In this document: positions 22,101 through 32,450 of the stretch, one piece after another | Layout of the letters: every line of letters begins with the position of its first letter | How positions within the stretch are numbered: position 1 is the stretch's first letter | Position numbers and translations under genes: made by a program | Notes under the pieces: model-generated | What the model was told of the DNA's origin: nothing | Databases searched by the model: none | The model's input: only the letters and a program-made list of their open reading frames with translations | DNA from: Macrostomum lignano | Taxonomy: Eukaryota | Length of the DNA: 64,000 nt | Direction of reading: 5' to 3' | Assembly: GCA_002269645.1 (NCBI GenBank) | Contig: NIVC01002540.1 | Span: forward strand, 1-64,000

Positions 22101-25100
22101 ACCATTACCGACATTTTATCAATCAGCAATGTCACATCATTACTGGCACTTTACCAATCAGCAATGTCACATCATTACCGACACTTTACCAATCAGCAAT
22201 GTCACATCACTACCGACACTTTATTAATCAGCAATGTCACATCATTACTGGCACTTTACCAATCAGCAATGTCACACCATTACCGACATTTTATCAATCA
22301 GCAATGTCACATCATTACTGGCACTTTACCAATCAGCAATGTCACATCATTACCGACGCTTTACCAATCAGCAATGTCACATCACTACCGACACTTTATT
22401 AATCAGCAATGTCACATCATTACTGGCACTTTACCAATCAGCAATGTCACTTAAACGGCACTTAAAAGTGGATAAAGTTCGTTATCGAGAGCATCACAAT
22501 CAGTCTGGGTTACTGTTGAAAACCCAAGCCAAACTCACTTGGCAGCCAGCTTCCACTTGCCGTTGGAGATGCCGAACGTGCTGCCGCAGTTGAACGCCAG
22601 CCAGCCCCACCTGTTCAAGTTGAAAAATTGACCCAGCGGTGAATTTTTGGTGAATACGAATTTTAGTCCTAGAGCCACTCACCACAGCATGAACATGCCA
22701 ATCATGGCGTTTGTGGGATCGCCGCTCTTGGGAAACTCGCGGCTCGAGTCGTAGCGCCCCAGCCGGGGCCCCAGCATCCAGGCGGCCACGGCGGCCGACA
22801 CGGCGCCGAGAAAGTGCACAGCCCGGAGCCGGCGATATCAACGCAGCCGAGACGGTGCAGAAAGCCGCGCCGGTCCCACACCCAGTGGGCCGGGATGCAG
22901 TACACCAGGGTGTTCACGAAGGAGAACACGATGTACGAGTCCAGGCGAGCTCGCTCGGCCATCGCGCCGGACACTATGGTGGTGGCCGTGGTGGCAAAAC
23001 TGCGGGGGCGTGAGAACATCATTTTGGGCGATTGACCTTTTCGGATGCTTGGCACTACGCGGTGCCAAGCAGTCCGAGACCGTCCTGCTGTACAGCACGG
23101 AGAACTGGAGAGCCGATGTGGCAATGCTGGAACAAAGCGATCGATTGTCAGGCGTCGTGACCAATGTCATCCTGGCCCGGTGACGGCGGCTGCCTGACTG
23201 GGCCAAGTCCCAGCGCGCGGTCCGGACGGAGCCTGTGCTGTTTACTCTCAGCTTTTTTGCTGTGTTTCCTGCAGTTTTGCTGCTGCTGATGAGGACGATA
23301 TCCTACTTGACTCAAAGACATGTACTTTTCCTTCATCCATGGCAAGTACTTCATTCATCACTTCAAGAAGAGCAGCTCCTGCAAAGTTTCCTCCAGTTCG
23401 ATGTAACACCACATCCTTCTTTCATCAGGCCCTGTAATCTCCTCTCGTTTTTGCAAAAACTAACCGATTTTTTATTATACTTTTGCACCCGAAGTGTACA
23501 GGCAGTGAACCTGTCTTACTACTAGTAAGCTCGTACAAGTACGCTCGTAGTAGGTAAGCATTGGATTACCGGGTTGGAATATTCGAATTTTAGAAGTATT
23601 CATATTTTCAGATTACAATAAATTTTCATCGTTTTCAAGATTGTCATATTCATAACTTTTGCTCAGTTTCGCGTTCCTCGTTCCCGACTTCACCGTCCAC
23701 AACTTCCACCAAAAACTTTCCCAATGAGCCCCGTCTCCCGTCTTGAAGAGCAACCCGAGAGCCGCTACCTCAGCTGGAATACGAAGGTGGCGAAGCTCGT
23801 GCCCATGTCCGGGGCCCCGGGGCTCCGGTCTACGAAGAAATCGCCCCAGCCGGAGAAGCCGCCCGCGTTGTCCTTGCCGAATGATAGCCCGTAGCCGAAC
23901 ATCCAGTAGGAGATGCCGCCGAACACCACGTCGACAACGTTCTTCACCATGATGTTTACCTGGTTCTTCAGTTGCACGTTGCCAGCCTCCAGCAGTCCGA
24001 AGCCTGCAGGAGAAAGTCAGCGGTGCAGCTTTTGTTCCTGACGATATTATGTTATTCAATAGATGAAATATATATATTTATACGTAAAACTTTACAGCTA
24101 ATGGCGAACTATTCATGAATTTTTGCCATATCTATTCTATCTGTCTCGCGCTGTCTTCGAGTAGACAAAAACGCTTTGCATAGCGGAGTGTGAGGATGAC
24201 AGCGATTAGTCTATGGCCCAGCCCCATTACATAGCGATAGTCTATGGCCAGCCCCATTACATAGCGATAGTCTATGGCCGGTCCCATAACCACGCTGGCA
24301 GAAACTGGACCTTTGTTTTTCGGCTTTAACTTGAAAAGTTTAAAATTTGGAAAATCTGAAGGCCCGAAATCCAAGTTCTGTTCCTGTAAATTCCGATTCC
24401 CGTGTATCGAGTCCCGATTCCCGTGTATCGAGTCCCGATTCCCGTGTGTCGAGTCCCGATTCCCGTGTATCGAGTCCCGATTCCCGTGTATCGAGTCCCG
24501 ATTCACGTGTGTCGAGTCCCGATTCCCGTGTATCGAGTCCCGATTCCCGTGCATCGAGTCCCGATTCCCATATGTCGAGTCTTGATTCCCGTGTATCGAG
24601 TCCCAATTCCCATATATCGAGTCCCGATTCTCGTGTATCGAGTCCCGATTCTCGTGTATCGAGTCCCGATTCTCGTGTATCGAGTCCTGATTTACGTGTG
24701 TCGAGTCCCGATTCCCGTAAATGGCATCCCGATTCGCGAATTTCGAAATTCCCGAAATTGCATGTAAGAGTCTTAAATGTCTAATCCTTGATGTCTGCAT
24801 CTAATCGCATATAACCGTGTCCGGATCTCAAAATGTCCTGAGTCTTAACTCCTGAATCCCAAAATGTCAAAAACCTCAGGGACGTGCCAGGATCATCCTT
24901 GATCTCAATCTATGGTCTGCCGACCTACAACACAAGTCAATGTACTTGTAGAACCTTAGTCTCAAATGCATGCATCATTCAATAATATCCCGTTTTAGGC
25001 GCTTTGGCTCTATAGCCTTCCCCAGGCTCACCGGACTGCATGGTGAAAATGATGAAGCTGCAGGCCAAAATCCAGGTGGCATCATCGTGAAGGACAACCT

Positions 25101-25188
25101 CGGTAGCAACAGTTGTTAGGGCCCGATCATTCGTAGTTATATTAACCATTGCACCGCCACTGCCAGGTGTGCTGTCCAGGAATGACAT
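19198..25188 (-). CDS. Amt: Ammonium transporter (Amt/MEP family, invertebrate type)
   Basis: Exons 25032-25188, 23769-24003, 22683-22999, 22539-22610, 21748-21807, 21585-21661, 21353-21501, 20372-20539, then from 20221 to ~19940, plus a tentative Q-rich terminal exon at ~19198-19560. Motifs: DATWILACSFIIFTMQSGFGLLEAG, FQLSFATTATTIVSGAMAER, DIAGSG, WWGWLAFNCGS, LDDPVAAIPVHG, EEILGADFVEH. One base is missing in the C run at 22822-22824. Confidence 0.93.
20739..21347. repeat. 18-bp (ACAGCAGCAGCACAACCC)n minisatellite in Amt intron
   Basis: Tandem 15-18-bp units starting immediately after the splice donor of the Amt exon at 21353. Confidence 0.95.
21829..22450. repeat. 35-bp tandem minisatellite in Amt intron, ~18 copies
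   Basis: Unit GCACTTTACCAATCAGCAATGTCACATCATTACTG with variants. Confidence 0.95.
24394..24716. repeat. 21-bp tandem repeat in Amt intron 1
   Basis: Unit CCGATTCCCGTGTATCGAGTC, ~15 copies. Confidence 0.93.
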
Positions 25189-25195
25189 TGTGAGG

Positions 25196-26272
25196 TCTAG
25201 ATATTCAGCTTGTAGATCCGTCTTGCGGAAGGTCTAGATCAGTTTGTAGATCTGGCTTGCGGAGGGTCTAGATCAGTTTGTAGATCTGGCTTGCGAAGGG
25301 TCTAGATCAGCTTGTAGATCTGGCTTGCGGAGGGTCTAGATCAGTTTGTAGATCTGGCTTGCGGAGGGTCTAGATCAGTTTGTAGATCTGGCTTGCGGAG
25401 GGTCTAGATCAGTTTGTAGATCTGGCTTGCGGAGGGTCTAGATCAGTTTGTAGATCTGGCTTGCGGAGGGTCTAGATCAGCTTGTAGATCTGGCTTGCGG
25501 AGGGTCTAGATCAGTTTGTAGATCTGGCTTGCGGAGGGTCTAGATCAGCTTGTAGATCTGGCTTGCGGAGGGTCTAGATCAGCTTGTAGATCTGGCTTGC
25601 GGAGGGTCTAGATCAGCTTGTAGATCTGGCTTGCGGAGGGTCTAGATCAGTTTGTAGATCTGGCTTGCGGAGGGTCTAGATCAGTTTGTAGATCTGGCTT
25701 GCGGAGGGTCTAGATCAGTTTGTAGATCTGGCTTGCGGAGGGTCTAGATCAGCTTGTAGATCTGGCTTGCGGAGGGTCTAGATCAGCTTGTAGATCTGGC
25801 TTGCGGAGGGTCTAGATCAGTTTGTAGATCTGGCTTGCGGAGGGTCTAGATCAGCTTGTAGATCTGGCTTGCGGAGGGTCTAGATCAGTTTGTAGATCTG
25901 GCTTGCGGAGGGTCTAGATCAGTTTGTAGATCTGGCTTGCGGAGGGTCTAGATCAGTTTGTAGATCTGGCTTGCGGAGGGTCTAGATCAGCTTGTAGATC
26001 TGGCTTGCGGAGGGTCTAGATCAGTTTGTAGATCTGGCTTGCGGAGGGTCTAGATCAGTTTGTAGATCTGGCTTGCGGAGGGTCTAGATCAGCTTGTAGA
26101 TCTGGCTTGCGGAGGGTCTAGATCAGCTTGTAGATCTGGCTTGCGGAGGGTCTAGATCAGCTTGTAGATCTGGCTTGCGGAGGGTCTAGATCAGCTTGTA
26201 GATCTGGCTTGCGGAGGGTCTAGATCAGCTTGTAGATCTGGCTTGCGGAGGGTCTAGATCAGCTTGTAGATC
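25196..26272. repeat. 34-bp tandem minisatellite, ~31 copies, directly upstream of the Amt start codon
   Basis: Unit TCTAGATCAG(T/C)TTGTAGATCTGGCTTGCGGAGGG; period 34 (25267 to 25301). Confidence 0.96.
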
Positions 26273-26464
26273 CGGTTTCTTTTCCTAAAGAAGCTAACTG
26301 TATTAAAATTATGCCAGCCAGCTCACCGCGCTGAGCCCCGCCCTTTGAGCATGAGTCAAACTCAAGCTGTGAGCACGTAAAATTATAGGTAGTAATAATG
26401 GTAGAAACACGAGACGTCACGTACTTAGCAAGGTAATATGACACCCTCCGCACTACTGCTTTAG

Positions 26465-27521
26465 TGTAGAGTGTTCTACCTCCCATAAGAAGACATAAAA
26501 GTGTTAATGTACTACTCATACATTTTATTCAGTAGTAAGTTGAAGAGCATGAATAAAGGTATGCTTTGAATTATAAGTTTATTCTGACTAACCAATAGGA
26601 AGAGAGAGACCTTGTGCATGTTAAATTTAGAAATCACCCAATCACGTGTAACCTGTACTTGTCAAACGCAAACCCCAGGAAAGATGCATCATTCAACTGT
26701 ACGCACGTGACCCAATCAAATGTAACTAAAAATAACTCGAATGCGATGACCAATCACGCGCTTTTACACTGAACCAATGGAATGACTTTCTACCCTGCCA
26801 AGTTTGACAGCAACCAAACCGTGACCTTTTTGACAGCTGAAGAGTTGGACTCACGTGACCTCATGGGGGTCCAATTGCCTATAAATACAAGTGGTCCGGA
26901 ACGGACCCGGAGCCAAAAAAATCTCCAAGAGAGAGAAGCTCCGAAGAGGAAGCTCTAGTGAAGCCTTCCTGAAGAAACTCGCGTCGTGGACGAGTTCTTG
27001 CGGTAAGCCTTACTCATTTGCGCCCGTTGGTTGAGACGTCTCGCTCAAGTCTATTGAGACTTGAGTTTATTTGAGTCTGTTGAGACTCCTGAGTCTGTTT
27101 AGACTCTACTGGTTGCAGTCTCCAGAAGGACTGCCCCTGATAGATCTTAGAAGACTATCAGTGGTTTCCGGAGCTATACCTAGAGTGCATAGAGGCACTG
27201 CTAGAAGGAGTAGGCTTATATTAAACCGCAGATTGGCGCAGGGTACCCATTGTTAATTTGGAAGCTTCCCATTGGTCCGCACTACAGATACCGGCCGGAA
27301 ATACTTCGAAGGGAGAGAAAAGGAAACTCGGACCCAATCGACATCTGAAGACGTCTAAAAGTCTAAGAGATCTACAGAACCGAACGACTCAAGAACGATA
27401 TCAAGGAATCCGGATCAAGGTAATTGAATACCTTCATTTGATTACTGGGTTGCCTAGCTACAGAGCTAGAAGTGATTGTTCCTTGATTACAGTTGAGGAC
27501 TGGTAATAAGGAACGCCATCA
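26465..27521 (+). repeat. 5' LTR
   Basis: TGTAGAGTG...GAACGCCATCA; direct repeat of 36339-37395. By eye I saw one difference (CCCATAAG vs CCCGTAAG). Confidence 0.96.
26580..26890 (+). promoter_or_regulatory. LTR U3 promoter: clustered CCAAT boxes, CACGTG E-boxes and TATA box
   Basis: At least five CCAAT motifs, three CACGTG motifs (TCACGTGT, GCACGTGAC, TCACGTGAC) and TATAAA at 26880-26885. Confidence 0.6.
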
Positions 27522-27523
27522 AT

Positions 27524-27534
27524 TGGTGATCTCG
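27524..27534 (+). other. Primer-binding site, probably tRNA-Trp
   Basis: TGGTGATCTCG starts 2 nt after the 5' LTR. It matches the tRNA-Trp-type PBS TGGTGACCCCG with two G:U-compatible changes; the tRNA identity is an inference. Confidence 0.6.
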
Positions 27535-28295
27535 CCCTCTCGGCACTACTCAAACTTTGAGCAATAGCCCTGATCAAGCTATTGTAACGTGACGAAAGAG
27601 CGACTTCATTAATTTTGCGCGCACGTGTTAGAGTTAACACTTTTGAAGTCCGAACGTTTTGAAACTCGAGTAAAAATTTTGGTGTACAGGTTTGAGCACC
27701 TGTCAATTTTGAGTACAGTTTGAGCACGCGTGTAAATTTTTGTTTTAACGAGCTCGAGCAAGTGTGAGTTTAAAATAAACCGAAAAACAAACCGAAAATA
27801 AAAAGAATCGTCGAAGCAAAACAAACAAAAAAATAACTAAAACATTTTACCGGCACAAAAACTAAAACAAAACCGAAAAACAACGTCCGGTACACTGAAA
27901 ACAAACCGAAAAGTAATCAATACACACTAAAACAAAACCGAAATTAAAAACACTTGACGAAAGCTAAAACAAACCGAAAATTGATAAAACGTGACAAGGC
28001 ACGTCACAAAGACAAGAAAGGCCTTTGAAAAAAACAAGAAGACAAAGTCCACTTCAACGTGAAGATACACTTTGCGGGACGCCGCATAAGTGCGAAATCA
28101 GCAAGCGAACAGAACAAGTTCATTTGAGGACAACCAGTGGCAGCAAGCCACACCGCATTCGAGGCCAACGAATAACAAATCGACACCACAAGGCAATTCG
28201 TTACAGTCGAAGTTTATTCCGAGGCAAACACCACACTGGACGATCCGTTACAAATCGATCCAGATCTTGAACTACCGTTCTACCCTATCAACAAC

Positions 28296-31200
28296 ATGGC
28301 GCGGCGCAATCCAACGGTACACAGAGACATCAAAGAAACGGTCGGTACTTTCTCGATGGAGAAAGATTTTAACACATTTGTCGACCATTTCGACCTGGTA
28401 TGTAGGGAATACAACCTAAAAAATCCAGAGAAGGCACAGCTGCTGCCACCTCTTCTCCAAGGTACTGCGCGAGAAATTTACGGCAAGCTGGACGCGGCAA
28501 CACAGCAAAATTATCCAGCACTAATCATTCAACTGCGCGCGCATTTCAACCGTTGCGGCACAAACAGATCAGTGCTGCTGCACAAGTTACATACCAGAAG
28601 GATGCAAGCAACGGAATCCTTCCTCGCCTTTGTGGACGATATCCGCCAGATAATTAAGGCACTGCATCAGCCACCGCTGCAAGCTGCGGACCAACCGCCA
28701 CTGGGAGCGGCAGAATTGGCCGCCAGAGAAAGACAGCGATTGATGGATCGCGAACAAAACCTAATCCTGCACGTAATAAACAACGCACAGCCGTCACTTC
28801 GGGATAGACTTTTACGAGAAAATATCGAAACCGAAGAAGACCTTTTGCGGTGCGGAATGCAATGGGAAGCCAGTGCCCCATTAATGACGACAGGCAACAA
28901 TGAAGTGCAGAAACTGACGCAGCAATTAAACAAGTTAATGCAGCACCAGACAGCTGCTATCGCCGAACAAAAAAGACGAAATGAACAAGCCTCAGCCAGA
29001 TGTTACTACTGCGGACAAGAAGGACATTATCAGATTAATTGTCCTCATTGGTCAACAAGATACGACAAGCCGCGACAGATATTCAACAATCAAAAGCCGC
29101 AGAAACCATGGCAGCAATATCAAAATCGCCAACAACAAGGCATGAGACGCTTCGGAAATGATAGACGCTTCGGAAATAATGACCGCTCCGGAAATGATGG
29201 CCGCTTCGGAAATGATGGCCGCTTCGGAAATGACGGCCGCTTCAGAAATAATAGCTACAGGCCACGCAACGCCAGGTACACACAAAGACAGCCAACGCAA
29301 GCAATGCCACGATACGCGAATGCCATCACGTACACACCGGAAAATGAGCAGCAAGAACAGCAAGTGTTCACAATTGATGACTTGGAAATGGACTTCACAG
29401 TCCCGGAACTTGACATCAGCTTGATCGAAAAAAAGACAACGCACGAGGACAACACTGACAAGGCAGAAGAGGCGAATGAAACCGAAATGATCGAATTAAA
29501 AGAGACCACCGGAGACAGCAGAGAAAACAGGAAGAAAGTAAATCACAAAAAAAGGGAGGAGGCGGAGAGCGATACCGGCAACGAAGAAAAGAGGGAGACC
29601 AACGAAGAGAACAACTATGAATCAACAGCAGTGAAAGACGACAAAATAAGCATGAAAGACAAAGAAATAAAAGAAGAAGAATGTAAGAGTTACGGCAACG
29701 ATCACGACTGCGAGGTGCGTGATGACACGAACGTCTACCAAGCCGAAGAAGGAATGCAGGAAGAACTGAGAGCGGAAAATCTAAGCTCCGACAGCGATCA
29801 AGGCTACGAAATACAATGGAAGGATGAAGAAATGGAAAAAGAACAGAGGAAAGAAAAGCCGAGTTCCGACAGCGACGAATGCTACGAGATCCGATACAAA
29901 CGAAATGGTGAAGCCTACATTCAAACAGTCGACTACAAGACAGAGAGAAAATACCAAACGCAATGGAGTGAAACAACTGAAACATCAGAAGAAGCGGCAG
30001 ACGAAGATACTGAAATAACCAAAAAGCAAAGCGAATCAGAACCCTTCCGCCTGAAACAGCCAATAGAGCAACCGGAAGGATATGATGCGGACATGGAAGA
30101 TAACGAATGGCAGTCGCGGCCAATGCCAGCAAAGACAACGGCAAAGTCCAAAAAGTGGAAAAACTGGCTACTCTGGATCATCGTGATACTACTGATAGCA
30201 GTAGTCGCCAAAGCAAAGGCAACGGAAAAGCCAATGATCTGTCCAACGGATGCGCATATCCAACCGATGATCTACAAGATACCAACCGACATCAAATGCA
30301 GCTACTTCAAGACAAACCAGACGAAGCCAAAGAAGATTACACTTGATCTCTACAAGGCTAACATCAAAAAGCATCGACAACACGGAATAGTGTGCTGCAG
30401 AGACAAGCACCTAGTGGAAAAAGTCTGGCGCGGACAATGGAATAGGATCCGATTTAAACAACATGAGCTACATGTGTCGCACGCGGAATGCCTACAATGG
30501 AACCAAACACTGTTTTCAAAGGATGGTGAACTGGAACCAGATGAGAAGGTCGGCAACGCACAGCTGTTCAGAACAAAGAATTCAGCCAACGGTCGATACA
30601 TTCACTTCTTCGGAAAATGGAAAGAATATGTAGCACGCAACAGCTACTTGATCAGAAATATTCCATTCTACTACAATCCATACGAGAAAATGGAATCGCT
30701 ACAGCTACAACTAAGCGAATGTCGATACAGTGAAGGATGGTGTCCAACACCAATTCTACGGAAGGAAGAATTACACAGTCTACCACTGAGTCCAACATAT
30801 CATCAAAACTATCGATGGCAGATTGAGCACAGAGCACAATCACACTATGAGGAACCGTACAAGGCACGACAATATTACTTCGCATGGGAAGTAGAGCCGG
30901 AAATTGACTGCAAGCTTCAAAAGTACCACACAGTGGAAGGAGGGCTACTGTCGAATACATTTTTGGCAAAAGCAGGAGACTTGGCCTTGACGTTTCAAAG
31001 GAAGCCGGTCGAACAGGAACTCAAATGCAAAGATACGGACAAGACGCTATTCATTTCGGAACAAGAAATACCAGTCTACGTGAAGGATGCTGACAAACAA
31101 ACCTTCCTGGCAATCATAAATGGAACATATCAGCAACAAGAGAGACAACGACGCGGCATAGAACGTCCACGATTGGTGTCAAACCGACTGCTGTCAGCAA

Positions 31201-32450
31201 AGATCACGGCGCTGGATCACAACCTGCATAACCAGCTTAACCACTTACATCGGTCACTGGTTCAGCTAACTTGCAAAATGCACGCAATCAACTTGAACTA
31301 CGCAAGGCAAAACTACTATGTCAACCCTACGATGACATTTCGCAAGATCACGGGAATGAGAGAGGTTCTGGCAATTCCGATATATGGACATCTCCTGATA
31401 TACAAGTGCACGCCGATACAGCACTTCAACATCTTGCCGTCGAACACTTCAACAACTTGCTACGACAAGCCGAGAATTGAAGCATTCTACGAAGGCAAAA
31501 GAATACAAGGATTCTTGGACACAGTACACAACATCATCGTTGGCACAGCCATACCAAGACCCTGCACCACTGCAGCAAACTACTATCAACTGGACAATGC
31601 ACTACACGTCATTAAAACGACAGGAACGACAGCGAACATCACGGAACCAGAAGTGATTGTCGATGAAACGTACGATATGGACGATCTGAAGATACGGTTC
31701 AACAGAACGAAGTACACGCCATTCGCCGATATCCAACTCGATGAGATAACACCCGGATGGACCATCAACGACTTCTTGCAAGCGTTCATCACTCAACGGA
31801 AGATGATTCGTCAACTCTTCACACGAAAGAATAAAGGAACAGGCACAGGCAGTTTTCCGGTCCTAGTGTCTATGGACAACGCCATCCAATCGTTTTGGAC
31901 CAACAGCTTCTTAGAGCTGCTTAACGGAAAAGGCAGCCTCTATCAAGGCTTCATCTTCTACAGTGCCTGTGTTGTATGGGTAGTTACGGCAATCTTTATC
32001 ATCTCGTCGATAGTACGATGCTTCAGCAACACTTGTCCCACAGCGAAACGAACAGTGAACGCCATCATGCAGAAGATACCAAGGGAAGAAGACAACAACT
32101 TGGAATTGACAGAGGATGCACGTCAAGAAACTCAAGGACAGCCGACACCATCAACGCGAATGTATCCATCGATTCCGACAACACCAACAGCACCGAGAAT
32201 GCAGCCACCTGGCTATCAGCAGGATCAACACGAGCCGAAATGGCCAGAAAACTACGTCTGCACGCTACACGCTGAGATTGGCAAGGCAATGGCTCAGGTC
32301 ATTGTCAACAACTTGCCATGTCGAGCACTACTGGATTCAGGCAGCTCTATCACCGTCATCTCGCAACAATTATGCAACAAGCTACGACTCGCGGTACGAC
32401 CAGCAGCAATCGCAGTTGCAGGAGCAGGAGGACATTCACTCAATATCTAG
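28296..32450 (+). CDS. Gag - acidic linker - signal peptide - Env-like glycoprotein - TM - cytoplasmic tail - N-half of aspartic protease (1384-aa ORF)
   Basis: Kozak AACATGG. Capsid-like FNTFVDHFDLVCREY...KAQLLPPLLQGTAREIY. CCHC knuckle CYYCGQEGHYQINC at 29001-29042. Signal WLLWIIVILLIAVVAKAKA at ~30156-30221. Cys-rich ectodomain with N-glycosylation sequons (NQT, NGT, NTS, NIT, NRT). RQRR at 31143-31154. TM FIFYSACVVWVVTAIFIISSIV at ~31950-32015. Protease LLDSGS at 32328-32345. Confidence 0.9.
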   Translation: MARRNPTVHRDIKETVGTFSMEKDFNTFVDHFDLVCREYNLKNPEKAQLLPPLLQGTAREIYGKLDAATQQNYPALIIQLRAHFNRCGTNRSVLLHKLHTRRMQATESFLAFVDDIRQIIKALHQPPLQAADQPPLGAAELAARERQRLMDREQNLILHVINNAQPSLRDRLLRENIETEEDLLRCGMQWEASAPLMTTGNNEVQKLTQQLNKLMQHQTAAIAEQKRRNEQASARCYYCGQEGHYQINCPHWSTRYDKPRQIFNNQKPQKPWQQYQNRQQQGMRRFGNDRRFGNNDRSGNDGRFGNDGRFGNDGRFRNNSYRPRNARYTQRQPTQAMPRYANAITYTPENEQQEQQVFTIDDLEMDFTVPELDISLIEKKTTHEDNTDKAEEANETEMIELKETTGDSRENRKKVNHKKREEAESDTGNEEKRETNEENNYESTAVKDDKISMKDKEIKEEECKSYGNDHDCEVRDDTNVYQAEEGMQEELRAENLSSDSDQGYEIQWKDEEMEKEQRKEKPSSDSDECYEIRYKRNGEAYIQTVDYKTERKYQTQWSETTETSEEAADEDTEITKKQSESEPFRLKQPIEQPEGYDADMEDNEWQSRPMPAKTTAKSKKWKNWLLWIIVILLIAVVAKAKATEKPMICPTDAHIQPMIYKIPTDIKCSYFKTNQTKPKKITLDLYKANIKKHRQHGIVCCRDKHLVEKVWRGQWNRIRFKQHELHVSHAECLQWNQTLFSKDGELEPDEKVGNAQLFRTKNSANGRYIHFFGKWKEYVARNSYLIRNIPFYYNPYEKMESLQLQLSECRYSEGWCPTPILRKEELHSLPLSPTYHQNYRWQIEHRAQSHYEEPYKARQYYFAWEVEPEIDCKLQKYHTVEGGLLSNTFLAKAGDLALTFQRKPVEQELKCKDTDKTLFISEQEIPVYVKDADKQTFLAIINGTYQQQERQRRGIERPRLVSNRLLSAKITALDHNLHNQLNHLHRSLVQLTCKMHAINLNYARQNYYVNPTMTFRKITGMREVLAIPIYGHLLIYKCTPIQHFNILPSNTSTTCYDKPRIEAFYEGKRIQGFLDTVHNIIVGTAIPRPCTTAANYYQLDNALHVIKTTGTTANITEPEVIVDETYDMDDLKIRFNRTKYTPFADIQLDEITPGWTINDFLQAFITQRKMIRQLFTRKNKGTGTGSFPVLVSMDNAIQSFWTNSFLELLNGKGSLYQGFIFYSACVVWVVTAIFIISSIVRCFSNTCPTAKRTVNAIMQKIPREEDNNLELTEDARQETQGQPTPSTRMYPSIPTTPTAPRMQPPGYQQDQHEPKWPENYVCTLHAEIGKAMAQVIVNNLPCRALLDSGSSITVISQQLCNKLRLAVRPAAIAVAGAGGHSLNI

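Noticed and set aside
24132-24800. (SRFPCIE)n / (RDSIHGN)n ORFs
   Set aside because: 21-bp repeat inside Amt intron 1.
27071-27506. Small ORFs in the LTR (61 and 82 aa, duplicated at 36945-37380)
   Set aside because: Non-ATG starts and no recognisable motifs; they are duplicated only because the LTR is.
30156-32015. Env region as an unrelated host gene or nested insertion inside the retroelement
   Set aside because: No introns, TSD or terminal repeats around it; in frame on both sides; same A/C-rich codon style as gag and pol.
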